In this document: one piece after another, positions 51,449 through 60,135 of the stretch
How the letters are laid out: each line of letters starts with the position of its first letter
How positions within the stretch are numbered: the first letter of the stretch is position 1
Source of the DNA: an uncultured Chloroflexota bacterium
Lineage (GTDB): Bacteria > Chloroflexota > Dehalococcoidia > GIF9 > AB-539-J10
Length of the DNA stretch: 64,000 nucleotides
Direction: 5' to 3'
NCBI GenBank assembly: GCA_903884455.1
Contig: CAISEW010000037.1
Span: forward strand, 80,161 to 144,160
Made by a program: the position numbers and the translations under genes
The notes under the pieces: model-generated
What the model saw: the letters and a program-made list of their open reading frames with translations, nothing else
The model's database searches: none
Told to the model about the DNA's origin: nothing

Positions 51449-51777
51449 TTTTTCCTCCTCCCTTTTTAGATGCTTTTTACATAAAAAGGCATAATAAAAC
51501 TCATAGAACTATATTTACTCTATAACCTTCACCTCCTTTATGGTACGTATCTACTAAATGCCAACAACTATTGCTTACAAACTTATACGCACAGGTTTTT
51601 AAAAGCCTGGCTGTTACGGTACCCTGGAAATTGCTGCAGATGGTATTTTGTCATTAGAAGAAAGACGTCAGGAAACTTTTCCCCGGATTACAAACCTTTA
51701 AAAGTTAATTATAGCAGATTTCTGCTTCGAATGTCAACTGCTTGTACTCGTTCATATGATTAGTGACACCCTTTTTT

Positions 51778-51939
51778 GTCGTTGCGAGCCCCGACCTGTC
51801 GGGGCGTGGCAATCTCATGCCCCACCGAGATTGCTTTGTCGCCTTCGGCTCCTCGCAATGACAGAAGGGGGATTGCGGAGCCTGTTCCGAAGCGTAAGCG
51901 AGGAATCTCGTTCCTCGCAATGACAGGGAGGTCATTGTC
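51778..51939. repeat. second cluster of the MITE-like repeat family (inverted relative to 48250-48368) plus partial units
   Basis: The reverse complement of 51778-51861 aligns with 48276-48368 with a few mismatches; further CCTCGCAATGAC and GTCATTGTC units run to 51939. Confidence 0.65.
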
Positions 51940-52113
51940 CAACGTTGCAAATTTATGAAGTGTCACCCATCTATCTGAACTAGATCACTGCTAACGCTGC
52001 ATGGTTGCTGCTTGAACGGATTGTCTAAATAGTCGTTTATGGTACACTAATGCCATTAGAAGGCAGTTTGGGAACCATGGATTAATAAAAAGGCGTAATC
52101 CGTCGCAACTGGA

Positions 52114-52737
52114 ATGCCAAAGTACATCAAAAACAGGATATTATGGGGCTATGACCTTAACCTTGTGGCGGTGGTCAGCATATCCACGCTGGTATTAGTC
52201 CTGGAACGTTATCATCATTTAAACATCGATTTTCCCCGGGCAACGGAGCTCATTTATTACCTGCTGGTCCCGCTGGCGGCAAGTTTTTTGCTTTTTCGGG
52301 ATAAGCCCTGGGATTATGGCATCCGCATCGGCCGCTGGAAATCGGCGATAATTCTAGCCGTAGTCTGCCTTGCTGCCATGGCGCTGATTCTCTACAGGGT
52401 CGGTAAAATGCCTGAGTTTCGCTCTTACTACCACGAGTCTCACATAGACTGGTCCGAGCTGCTGCTCGACGCCGCACTATACATGTTTGCCTGGGAATTT
52501 CTGTTCCGCGGATATATGCTGTTCGGTCTGGAAAAATCGATAGGCAAAAGCGCCATCTTTGTGCAGGCCATTCCCTTCGTGCTGCTTCATCTGGGCAAGC
52601 CCTTTTTGGAGACGCTGGCCTGCATCCCCGGCGGCTTTATTTTTGGTTACGTGGCATACCGAACGAGGTCGTTTTTGCCCTGTTTTGTTATACACTTCGG
52701 CATCTACGTAATGATGTTCTTTTTTACCAATTCCTAG
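52114..52737 (+). CDS. CPBP-family (CAAX protease / Abi) intramembrane metalloprotease
   Basis: 207 aa polytopic membrane protein; motifs WEFLFRGYM and FVLLHLGK (EExxxR / FxxxH). Confidence 0.7.
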   Translation: MPKYIKNRILWGYDLNLVAVVSISTLVLVLERYHHLNIDFPRATELIYYLLVPLAASFLLFRDKPWDYGIRIGRWKSAIILAVVCLAAMALILYRVGKMPEFRSYYHESHIDWSELLLDAALYMFAWEFLFRGYMLFGLEKSIGKSAIFVQAIPFVLLHLGKPFLETLACIPGGFIFGYVAYRTRSFLPCFVIHFGIYVMMFFFTNS

Positions 52738-52763
52738 GGACTCGGTGCAGTTCTGCGTTCTGC

Positions 52764-53528
52764 TTAGAATGGGAAGGGGGGGAAGTAGGGGAGCACATTG
52801 GCAGGGAACAGGATGAGCAGGAGCCCGATAATTGTCGGCCACTGGGCAAGGTATATCACCAGCGGATGTTTTCCCGGCAAAGTCAGCGCTGAGGTAACAG
52901 GGTCGTTGAATTCAGGTATATTGAATCGTCTATTTCCTTGCGGGTATAGCATTTTGCCGCAAAACATCCCCACAAGAAAAAGGCCGAACCACGGCAGCAG
53001 CGGGAAGTAATCCCACGTCGCAAAGCTGTATGGCATCAGCCAGAGCAGCCAGGGAAAGTTGAAAGGAGTGCCCCACAGGTAAATACCTGCTGCCAGCAGA
53101 GCGATGCCCAGTATCAGGTTGATGAAGCGGAATCTTAAAAAGAAAGGCGCGAGTATGAACGTAATCCCGAAGAAGTGAAGTATGCCGAATCGGACGTACT
53201 CTGTTCTGGAGATTAGCAATGTAATCAGAGTAATCGCCATGCCCCACCCGAATATTTTCAGGCCTCTGAGCAGAAATCCCGACATTCTCTTTGACCTGGA
53301 ATAAGTGATTGTGAGCGATACTCCGGCGAGGAAGATAAAAGTCCCAGCGGTTACTCTGGCAAACCACCACCAGAACCCATGATATACGTTAGTGGGGTGG
53401 ATATCAAAGAAGTTAAGTAGATAGAGCACGTGGAAAGTTATCATCATTGCTATGGCGACGGTGCGCAACAGGTCTATCTCCCAGAAACGGTTATGCCCGG
53501 TTGTATTAATCTGAGTGTTGCCCGCCAT
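52764..53528 (-). CDS. DUF1624-like (heparan-alpha-glucosaminide N-acetyltransferase-like) membrane protein
   Basis: 254 aa polytopic membrane protein; N-terminal RFWEIDLLRTVAIAMMITFHV signature. Confidence 0.55.
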   Translation of the reverse strand: MAGNTQINTTGHNRFWEIDLLRTVAIAMMITFHVLYLLNFFDIHPTNVYHGFWWWFARVTAGTFIFLAGVSLTITYSRSKRMSGFLLRGLKIFGWGMAITLITLLISRTEYVRFGILHFFGITFILAPFFLRFRFINLILGIALLAAGIYLWGTPFNFPWLLWLMPYSFATWDYFPLLPWFGLFLVGMFCGKMLYPQGNRRFNIPEFNDPVTSALTLPGKHPLVIYLAQWPTIIGLLLILFPANVLPYFPPFPF

Positions 53529-53646
53529 TTGTTAAGCTTTCTGGCCTGATTTTATCATGTTTTGGTCATTGAGATTTCGATGAGAGGAATTAAATTTCTC
53601 CTTTCTTTTGTTTAGGGTCTTGGTGGCGCCATAGTATAATAAGGCT

Positions 53647-56376
53647 ATGGCAAGGGAAGAGAAGCCACTGTTGCTGCTTTTTGACGGCAATGCCCTGGTG
53701 CACCGCGCCTTTCACGCCCTGCCCCCGCTAACCCAACCCAAGACCGGGGAGCTGGTAAATGCCGTCTATGGCTTTGCCAGTACCTTGCTCAAAGTATTTG
53801 CTGATTTTAAGCCCACTCATTGGGCTGTGGCCTTTGACCGTCCCACCCCGACCTTCAGGCACGAAATGTTCGAGGAATACAAAGCGCAGCGCCCGGCCAC
53901 GCCCGAGGAATTGAAAGGCCAGATAAAAAAGGTTCACCGGTTAGTGGAGGCTTTCCATATCCCCGTTTTTGAAATCGATGGCTTCGAAGCCGACGATGTC
54001 CTGGGCACCTTAAGCAAGCAGGCCGATGAGCAGGGCATTGAGACCATCATTGTTACCGGAGACAATGACATGCTGCAGGCTGTCTTGCCCCGGGTGAAAA
54101 CTCTTGCCCCCCGGCGGAGCTTCACTGATACCATCCTGTACGATGAAGAAGCGGTGGAGCAAAAATATGGCATCAAACCAGAACAACTCGCTGACCTTAA
54201 AGCACTGGCTGGTGATGTCTCGGACAATATACCTGGCCTGCCAGGCATTGGTGAAAAAACAGCCACTAAATTACTTCAGCAGTATGGCAGCCTCCAGGGA
54301 ATCTACGACCATATTGAAGATATAACGCCGAGCAAGTTGCAGAACACGCTACGCGAATATCGCACTCAGGCTTTCCGGAACAAAGAATTGTCCACAATAG
54401 TCAAAGATGTTCCTATCAAGCTGGATTTGAAAACCTGCCAGGTAAGCCACTACGACCGGAATGAGGTGGCCAGGCTTTTCCAGGAGCTTGAGTTCATCAA
54501 TTTGCTTCCCAGGCTGCCCCACCTGCCCGCCGTACAACTTTGGCAGGCGGGAACGAAGGCCGAGAGCTATCAGCCCTCGGCAGTCAGCTGTCACATGGTG
54601 AACACCGAAACATCCTTGGAGCAACTTACAGGCGAATTGGAAAAAGCACAGGGCCTCGCCATCGAGGTTGAAACTACAGGCGAAAAGGCTATGATGGCCG
54701 ATTTGGTAGGCATAGCAATATCACCAGCCCGGGGAAGGGCGTTTTATATACCTTTGGGGCACCAGGGATTAAATCAGCCGCCGCAGTTGCCGCTAACCCG
54801 GGTCGCAACCAGGCTCAAGCCAATTTTAGAAAATGTCATTGTAGGCAAGATTGCCTACAACGGCAAGCATGTTATGGCGGTATTGGCTGGTTGTGGAGTG
54901 AAGCTTGTGAATCTGAATTTCGACCCCATGCTCGCTGCTTATCTCCTTGGTGATAAAAGCCTGGGGCTTAAAGCGCTGGCCTTTAACAAGCTGGGCATTG
55001 AAATAGTAACCCCCGCTGAATTAACCGGCACAGGGAAGAAACAAAGCTCCCTGTCCCTGCTCGAGGTAAGCCGAGTTGCCGACCATGCCTGCGCCAGCGT
55101 GGATATCGTCTGGAGTTTAAGGGAGAGTTTGGAAACCGAGCTACGCAAGCAGGGGCTGTGGCAACTTTTCACTGAAGTAGAGATGGCTTTGATTCCAGTT
55201 CTGGTGGCTATGGAGAAGGATGGCATTCTTTTGGATACCGGCCTGCTCCGTGAGATGTCTCGGGAACTGGGTCAGCAACTGCTGAAACTGGAGAAGGAAA
55301 TCTACGGCAGCGTCGGGCATCAATTTAATATCAATTCGCCCCAGCAATTAGGCAGGGTGCTTTTTGAGGACCTCAGGCTGCCCCAGTCTCGCAAAACGAA
55401 AACCGGCTATTCCACTGAAGCCTCGGTCATGGAGGCGTTGAGAGGAGTTCATCCCGTAATTGAATTTATACTGCAATATCGCCAGCTTAGTAAGCTCAAG
55501 TCAACATATGTTGATGCCCTGCCCGCGCTTATTAACCATAAGACGGGGAGGGTGCATACCAATTTTAACCAGACCGGCACAGCTACCGGCCGGCTCTCCT
55601 CTAGCGACCCCAACCTCCAGAATATACCTATAAGGAGTGAGATGGGGAATAAGATAAGGAAAGCCATTATAGCTCCGCCCGGGGCATACCTTTTAAGCGG
55701 CGATTATTCCCAGATTGACCTGAGAGTTTTGGCTCACCTTTCTCAGGACCCCGGCCTCATTGCCGCCTTTGCCGAGGACGAGGATATCCATGCCACGACT
55801 GCCTCTACACTCTTCGGCATTCCCAGGGATGAAGTGACTCTCGAGATGCGCCGAAATGCCAAAACGGTCAATTTCGGGGTTATTTATGGCATGAGCGATT
55901 ATGGATTAGAGCAAGCCACCAATCTCAGCCGGGAAGAAGCCGCTCAATTCATCGCCCTGTATTTTGAGAAATATCCCAAAGTGAAGGAATATCTCGAGGC
56001 CACCAGGGAGCAAGCCCGCAAGCTGGGCTATGTTCAAACGGTGTTGGGGAGGCGGCGGTTCCTGCCCGAAATTAATTCTGCCAATCGGATGGTCAGGGAG
56101 GCTGCGGAGCGCATGGCTATAAATGCTCCGGTGCAGGGCAGTTCTGCCGACATCATTAAAATTGCCATGATAAATCTACATCGGGAAATGGAGAGGCGGA
56201 ATCTTAAGAGCAAGATGTTGTTACAAATACACGACGAATTGCTCTTCGAGGTGCCCGAAGGGGAAGTGGCGGAAATGAAATCCCTGGTTAGTGAACTTAT
56301 GCCTCGGGCTTTCCAGCTTTGTGTCCCTGTTAAGATAGATATCAAGCTGGGCAAAAACTGGGCCGAGATGGGATAG
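53647..56376 (+). CDS. polA: DNA polymerase I
   Basis: 909 aa; 5'-3' exonuclease, 3'-5' exonuclease and polymerase domains (motif A DYSQIDLRVLAH, motif B RRNAKTVNFGVIYG, motif C QIHDEL). Confidence 0.95.
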   Translation: MAREEKPLLLLFDGNALVHRAFHALPPLTQPKTGELVNAVYGFASTLLKVFADFKPTHWAVAFDRPTPTFRHEMFEEYKAQRPATPEELKGQIKKVHRLVEAFHIPVFEIDGFEADDVLGTLSKQADEQGIETIIVTGDNDMLQAVLPRVKTLAPRRSFTDTILYDEEAVEQKYGIKPEQLADLKALAGDVSDNIPGLPGIGEKTATKLLQQYGSLQGIYDHIEDITPSKLQNTLREYRTQAFRNKELSTIVKDVPIKLDLKTCQVSHYDRNEVARLFQELEFINLLPRLPHLPAVQLWQAGTKAESYQPSAVSCHMVNTETSLEQLTGELEKAQGLAIEVETTGEKAMMADLVGIAISPARGRAFYIPLGHQGLNQPPQLPLTRVATRLKPILENVIVGKIAYNGKHVMAVLAGCGVKLVNLNFDPMLAAYLLGDKSLGLKALAFNKLGIEIVTPAELTGTGKKQSSLSLLEVSRVADHACASVDIVWSLRESLETELRKQGLWQLFTEVEMALIPVLVAMEKDGILLDTGLLREMSRELGQQLLKLEKEIYGSVGHQFNINSPQQLGRVLFEDLRLPQSRKTKTGYSTEASVMEALRGVHPVIEFILQYRQLSKLKSTYVDALPALINHKTGRVHTNFNQTGTATGRLSSSDPNLQNIPIRSEMGNKIRKAIIAPPGAYLLSGDYSQIDLRVLAHLSQDPGLIAAFAEDEDIHATTASTLFGIPRDEVTLEMRRNAKTVNFGVIYGMSDYGLEQATNLSREEAAQFIALYFEKYPKVKEYLEATREQARKLGYVQTVLGRRRFLPEINSANRMVREAAERMAINAPVQGSSADIIKIAMINLHREMERRNLKSKMLLQIHDELLFEVPEGEVAEMKSLVSELMPRAFQLCVPVKIDIKLGKNWAEMG

Positions 56377-56514
56377 ATTAATAAATCCCAAATCCTAATA
56401 TCTAAATCCTAAGCAAATTCAAAACTCAAAGGCCAAAACTGGGTGTACATCAACAAAAGTTCGGATAAAGGAATTGTCGGTATTTTTTATGTTATGATGT
56501 AAGGGAGGCAGGTA

Positions 56515-56730
56515 ATGAAGGCAGTTGAATCGAGAACTGAAATTTACTTGATGGCGCTACAATCGCTTTCCAAGGCAGAGAAGGAGGCGGTCATTGTCCG
56601 TTTGTTGGAAGATCCTCAGCTCAGAGAAGATATTCTCGATTTAGCTCTTATCCAGCAGCGGCAAGGAGAGCCATCCAGGCCTTTTACAGAATACCTAGCT
56701 GACAGAAAAGAGCGGGCTCGTAAGGCGTGA
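56515..56730 (+). CDS. putative type II antitoxin (partner of the RelE/ParE toxin)
   Basis: 71 aa; 4-bp overlap (GTGA) with the downstream toxin gene; AAGGGAGG RBS. Confidence 0.55.
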   Translation: MKAVESRTEIYLMALQSLSKAEKEAVIVRLLEDPQLREDILDLALIQQRQGEPSRPFTEYLADRKERARKA

Positions 56731-56981
56731 AGTACCAGGTCCGAATCATCCCTTCCGCTGAGAAGGAGATGGATAAGCTTCCAGCACTAATTCATAGACA
56801 CATCAGTAGAAAAATCCTCTTGTTGGAAGACAATCCCAGGCCCAGAGGCGCAAAGAAGCTTAGCGGTCGTGAAGAATATCGTCTCAGAGCGGGCGATTAT
56901 AGGGTCTTATATACTATCGATGACAAGGGACATGTGGTTACAGTCTTTGCTGTAGGCCATCGACGGGAAGTATATCGATAA
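56727..56981 (+). CDS. RelE/ParE family type II toxin
   Basis: 84 aa; YRLRAGDYRVLYTIDDKGHVVTVFAVGHRREVYR is the classic RelE/ParE C-terminal signature. Confidence 0.8.
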   Translation: MKYQVRIIPSAEKEMDKLPALIHRHISRKILLLEDNPRPRGAKKLSGREEYRLRAGDYRVLYTIDDKGHVVTVFAVGHRREVYR

Positions 56982-57009
56982 ACCGGTCTCAGTAGAGACG
57001 CCTAAGAAA

Positions 57010-57837
57010 ATGCCCGAACTCCCTGAAGTAGAGACAATTAAGAACGAGCTTTCGCCCTGGGTTGTGGGGCAAAGCTTCACTCAAGTTACTATCTTTGATG
57101 CCGAGCTGGTGTGTGGTAGTTCTGCTGAAGAAGTCCGTCGCGGGTTAATCGAGCAGAAGGTAGAAAGCCTGGGACGCCGGGGAAAGTATCTCATCTTCCA
57201 CCTGTCAAATGGCAGGTCACTGGTTATACATCTCAGGATGACCGGCAGCTTGCTGTTGAATCCCAAGGAAGTTGAGCGCTATGCCCGGGCGGTTTTTCAC
57301 TTCTCCAGTGGGCACCGCCTTGTTTTCAGCGACCGGCGCCGGCTGGGGGTAATGTGGCTGGTAGACGATGCCAGTACTGTGGTCGGCAAGCTGGGCCCCG
57401 AGCCGCTGGAGGAAAGCTTTACCCCGGGTATTCTGGGGCAAAGATTAAGCCGGCATCACATCCCCGTAAAAGCCGCGCTTCTCGACCAATGTATCGTCGC
57501 GGGAATCGGCAATATGTATGCCGATGAAGCCCTCTTTGCCGCTCGGATTCACCCTCTGAGAAAAACAGACGCCCTGTCGCCTGCAGAAGTGCAGACCCTA
57601 CATCACTGCGTTCGTAGGGTTCTTCAGGCAGCCATCGGCAGCAAAGGCGCCAGCGTGGATACCTACGTCCGCCCCGAGGGCGAGCTGGGCACAGCTCATT
57701 TCGATTTTAAGGTTGCTCATAAGGGAGGCGAGCCCTGCCCCATTTGCGGCAGCACCATCGAGCGGCTCCCCGTGCAGAACCGCGGCACCTACTTCTGCCC
57801 TAGATGTCAACCTTTTGATTCCGGGCCTCTGATATAA
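57010..57837 (+). CDS. fpg: formamidopyrimidine-DNA glycosylase
   Basis: 275 aa; N-terminal MPELPEVE catalytic motif, H2TH region, C-terminal zinc finger CPICG..CPRCQ. Confidence 0.9.
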   Translation: MPELPEVETIKNELSPWVVGQSFTQVTIFDAELVCGSSAEEVRRGLIEQKVESLGRRGKYLIFHLSNGRSLVIHLRMTGSLLLNPKEVERYARAVFHFSSGHRLVFSDRRRLGVMWLVDDASTVVGKLGPEPLEESFTPGILGQRLSRHHIPVKAALLDQCIVAGIGNMYADEALFAARIHPLRKTDALSPAEVQTLHHCVRRVLQAAIGSKGASVDTYVRPEGELGTAHFDFKVAHKGGEPCPICGSTIERLPVQNRGTYFCPRCQPFDSGPLI

Positions 57838-57877
57838 AAGCTGGCAGCGACTGGATTTGCACCAGCGACTAAAGGCT
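57780..57877. repeat. copy A of a ~98-bp imperfect direct repeat (last 58 bp of fpg plus 40 bp downstream)
   Basis: Aligns with 59876-59973 at ~90% identity; contains a T-arm-like GCTGG-ATTTGCA-CCAGC motif. Confidence 0.7.
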
Positions 57878-58072
57878 TATGACAGCCAGGCTCGAAAGCT
57901 GAATTACATAGCGTCTTCGAATTCACGCTGTGATAACAAGCATCGAGAGCGTTGTGCCTTCAAAAATTGCAGGGAATAGCGGCTTCTTCAGCCGTTATTC
58001 CTTCGTCTTGAACAACATCTCAAGAGGAGGTCCGACAGATTATGTTTCCACATTTTCACGCTCATCGCCAGC

Positions 58073-59791
58073 CTACTCATTCATGGCGTACTCGCCGTTC
58101 AAAACGGAAACATACTGCTCCCATACACTGTTATATTGCTCGGAATTTGGCACTGCCTTAATAAGCATAATCTTGACACAATAATCTCGTTGTGCATCCT
58201 TGGAACTATGGTTGCCGTAGATTTGCATGGCAAATTGAGCAAAGTCACGCACCATGAAATCAAACATCTGGTTCAGAATGGCTGAATCGATTCCGCTGAT
58301 ACTGGCCTGCTCGAGGATGAGCTGGCCGTACACAACAATGGAGAACATCTCGCCCACAGGTAGAGACCACGAGGGGTCCCTATCCTGGGCCTCGTCCGGG
58401 CCCGCCTTTTCCAGCATCTCCTTGAAAATATCTATTTGCTTCATGAAGGCAGCCACATTGGGCAGGCCCTTATTGGCCTCGAAGACAGGCTTATAATCGT
58501 GGAACTGTATTTTCCCCAGTCCCCTGGTGGGGCCCTGATTGAAGAGGAACAGGTCGTCTTTTTCCGAAAGGTCCGGAGCTACTGGTGGATACTCGGCGGG
58601 GTTGAAGAAGTAGTTTCGCATGAACTTGCGGATGAGCTGGATGTTCACGTGGACCGTTCCCTCGAGCTTGGACGGGCCCATGATATCGGCGGTTGCCATG
58701 TGAAAGTAGGTGTCCTTTTCAAATCCCTTGGCTGCGATCACTTCCCAGAGCAGGCTGACCACCTCTTCGGCCTGCAGGGTCACCTTCATCTTGCTCGTGG
58801 GGTTGTAGAGCAGGTAGCGGCGGTCGTTCTGGCTGGAATTCCTAAAATAGTCAGTGGCGCGGCGCTGGTAGAGCTTCATGACCACCAGGCGCAGCCAGGC
58901 ATCCATGAAGTTCTTCCGCACGTGGGGCATGTCCGTGACCCGTATGCCGTAGAGGATGCGGTTGGATGCATGGGTGATGGCCTCGTAGAAGCAGTGTTCA
59001 GCAATCCCGATGGATCCGGGACCGATGTTGAATTTGCCGATGTTCACGGTGTTGAGCGCACAGTCCCAGGCATAGGAGCCCCGGGAGAGGATGTCATCCT
59101 CTGTGATGGGATAGTCGTGCAGAGCGAAGTTGGACACGTATTCCTGGTGGGAGACGACGTTCTTCTTGAGCTCGTAGGCCTTGTGGCGGAAGTTGGTGAC
59201 GAAGAAAGTGTAGTCGTCAGTGCCGTCCTTGATTTTCCCCAGAGTGGACACCATTTCCGCTTCATTGCCGTTGCCGATGTAATATTTTTCCCCGTTCGCC
59301 ACCCATGTACCGTCAGGCATTGGCGTGAGTGAGGTTTCCGTCGAATAAATGTCTGCGCCGTGGGCCCTCTCAGAAAGGCCGTACGCAAAAATCGCCCCCT
59401 TCTTGAGGAGCCTGGCTGCTTTCCTTTTCGCCTTTTCATTCTGACTCATCCAGATGGGGCCCAGGCCCAGGATGCTCACCTGGAAGCAGTACCAGTAGCC
59501 CAGGCCGTAGAAAGCCAGGAGTTCGGCATATTCACTGTTGCGGGCCGTGTCCCAGCGATAGTCGGGATCTCCGCCGGCATATTTCTTGGGCGTCAGCAGC
59601 TTGGCAAAGATCTGCTCCTTGCCGATGAATTCGACAAACTCACTGTACCAGACCTTCTTGTCGTAATCATCGAGAACCCTGGCCTTGCCCATCTTTTCGA
59701 AGAAGGCAATAGTCTTGTTCATGATGGCTCTTGATCCCTTGTCGGCCACAAGGCTTTTATATTTTTTGGGCTGTAGTAGATAATTCATCAT
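58073..59791 (-). CDS. acyl-CoA dehydrogenase family protein (long, ~570-aa type)
   Basis: 572 aa; ACAD-like catalytic segment YGLSERAHGADIYS...NGEKYYIGNG; GC visibly higher than surrounding DNA; bracketed by the fpg-end direct repeats. Confidence 0.65.
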   Translation of the reverse strand: MMNYLLQPKKYKSLVADKGSRAIMNKTIAFFEKMGKARVLDDYDKKVWYSEFVEFIGKEQIFAKLLTPKKYAGGDPDYRWDTARNSEYAELLAFYGLGYWYCFQVSILGLGPIWMSQNEKAKRKAARLLKKGAIFAYGLSERAHGADIYSTETSLTPMPDGTWVANGEKYYIGNGNEAEMVSTLGKIKDGTDDYTFFVTNFRHKAYELKKNVVSHQEYVSNFALHDYPITEDDILSRGSYAWDCALNTVNIGKFNIGPGSIGIAEHCFYEAITHASNRILYGIRVTDMPHVRKNFMDAWLRLVVMKLYQRRATDYFRNSSQNDRRYLLYNPTSKMKVTLQAEEVVSLLWEVIAAKGFEKDTYFHMATADIMGPSKLEGTVHVNIQLIRKFMRNYFFNPAEYPPVAPDLSEKDDLFLFNQGPTRGLGKIQFHDYKPVFEANKGLPNVAAFMKQIDIFKEMLEKAGPDEAQDRDPSWSLPVGEMFSIVVYGQLILEQASISGIDSAILNQMFDFMVRDFAQFAMQIYGNHSSKDAQRDYCVKIMLIKAVPNSEQYNSVWEQYVSVLNGEYAMNE

Positions 59792-59875
59792 TACTCCCCT
59801 CCTGCTCGGTGGTTCAAGAACTTTACTAAAATTAATCTATGCCAGTCAAGAATATTCTGCTACATAGACACAGGG

Positions 59876-59973
59876 CCGTGGCACCTGCTTCTGCCCCAGA
59901 TGCCAACCCTCTGGTTCCGGGCCTCTGATATAAAAGCTGGCAGCGGCTGGATTCGAACCAGCGACTAAGGGCT
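59876..59973. repeat. copy B of the fpg 3'-end direct repeat (includes a degenerate duplicate of the Fpg C-terminal codons ..GTCFCPRCQPSGSGPLI*)
   Basis: Aligns with 57780-57877; here the internal motif is GCTGG-ATTCGAA-CCAGC (tRNA T-arm-like on the reverse strand). Confidence 0.7.
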
Positions 59974-59974
59974 A

Positions 59975-59997
59975 GGGAAAAACATTGGGATGTGTGT
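59975..59997. repeat. 23-bp direct repeat GGAAAAACATTGGGATGTGTGT (second copy at 63277-63299, 21/23 identical)
   Basis: Seen directly; the two copies bracket the low-GC HEPN/PLD islet. Confidence 0.55.
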
Positions 59998-60135
59998 CAT
60001 TTCATGCGTATGTTACGGTATAATGATTTTGAATAGATTTAACGGCTGAATCAAAGTCTTGTTCATGGTTGTTCTGCGAAAAAGACGTTGAGTATTCTGC
60101 TTTTGCTCTATGAGCACCTTTCAGACACAGATTCT

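Noticed and set aside
58436-59332. 298-aa plus-strand ORF
   Set aside because: It lies antisense within the high-GC ACAD-like gene. This is a typical long spurious ORF in GC-rich coding DNA.
59925-59975. tRNA gene or tRNA fragment on the minus strand (GCTGG-TTCGAAT-CCAGC T-arm plus CGCTGCC acceptor-like strand)
   Set aside because: No matching 5' acceptor strand, D-arm or anticodon arm within 80 nt. Treated as a T-arm-like motif inside the fpg-end direct repeat, not a gene.
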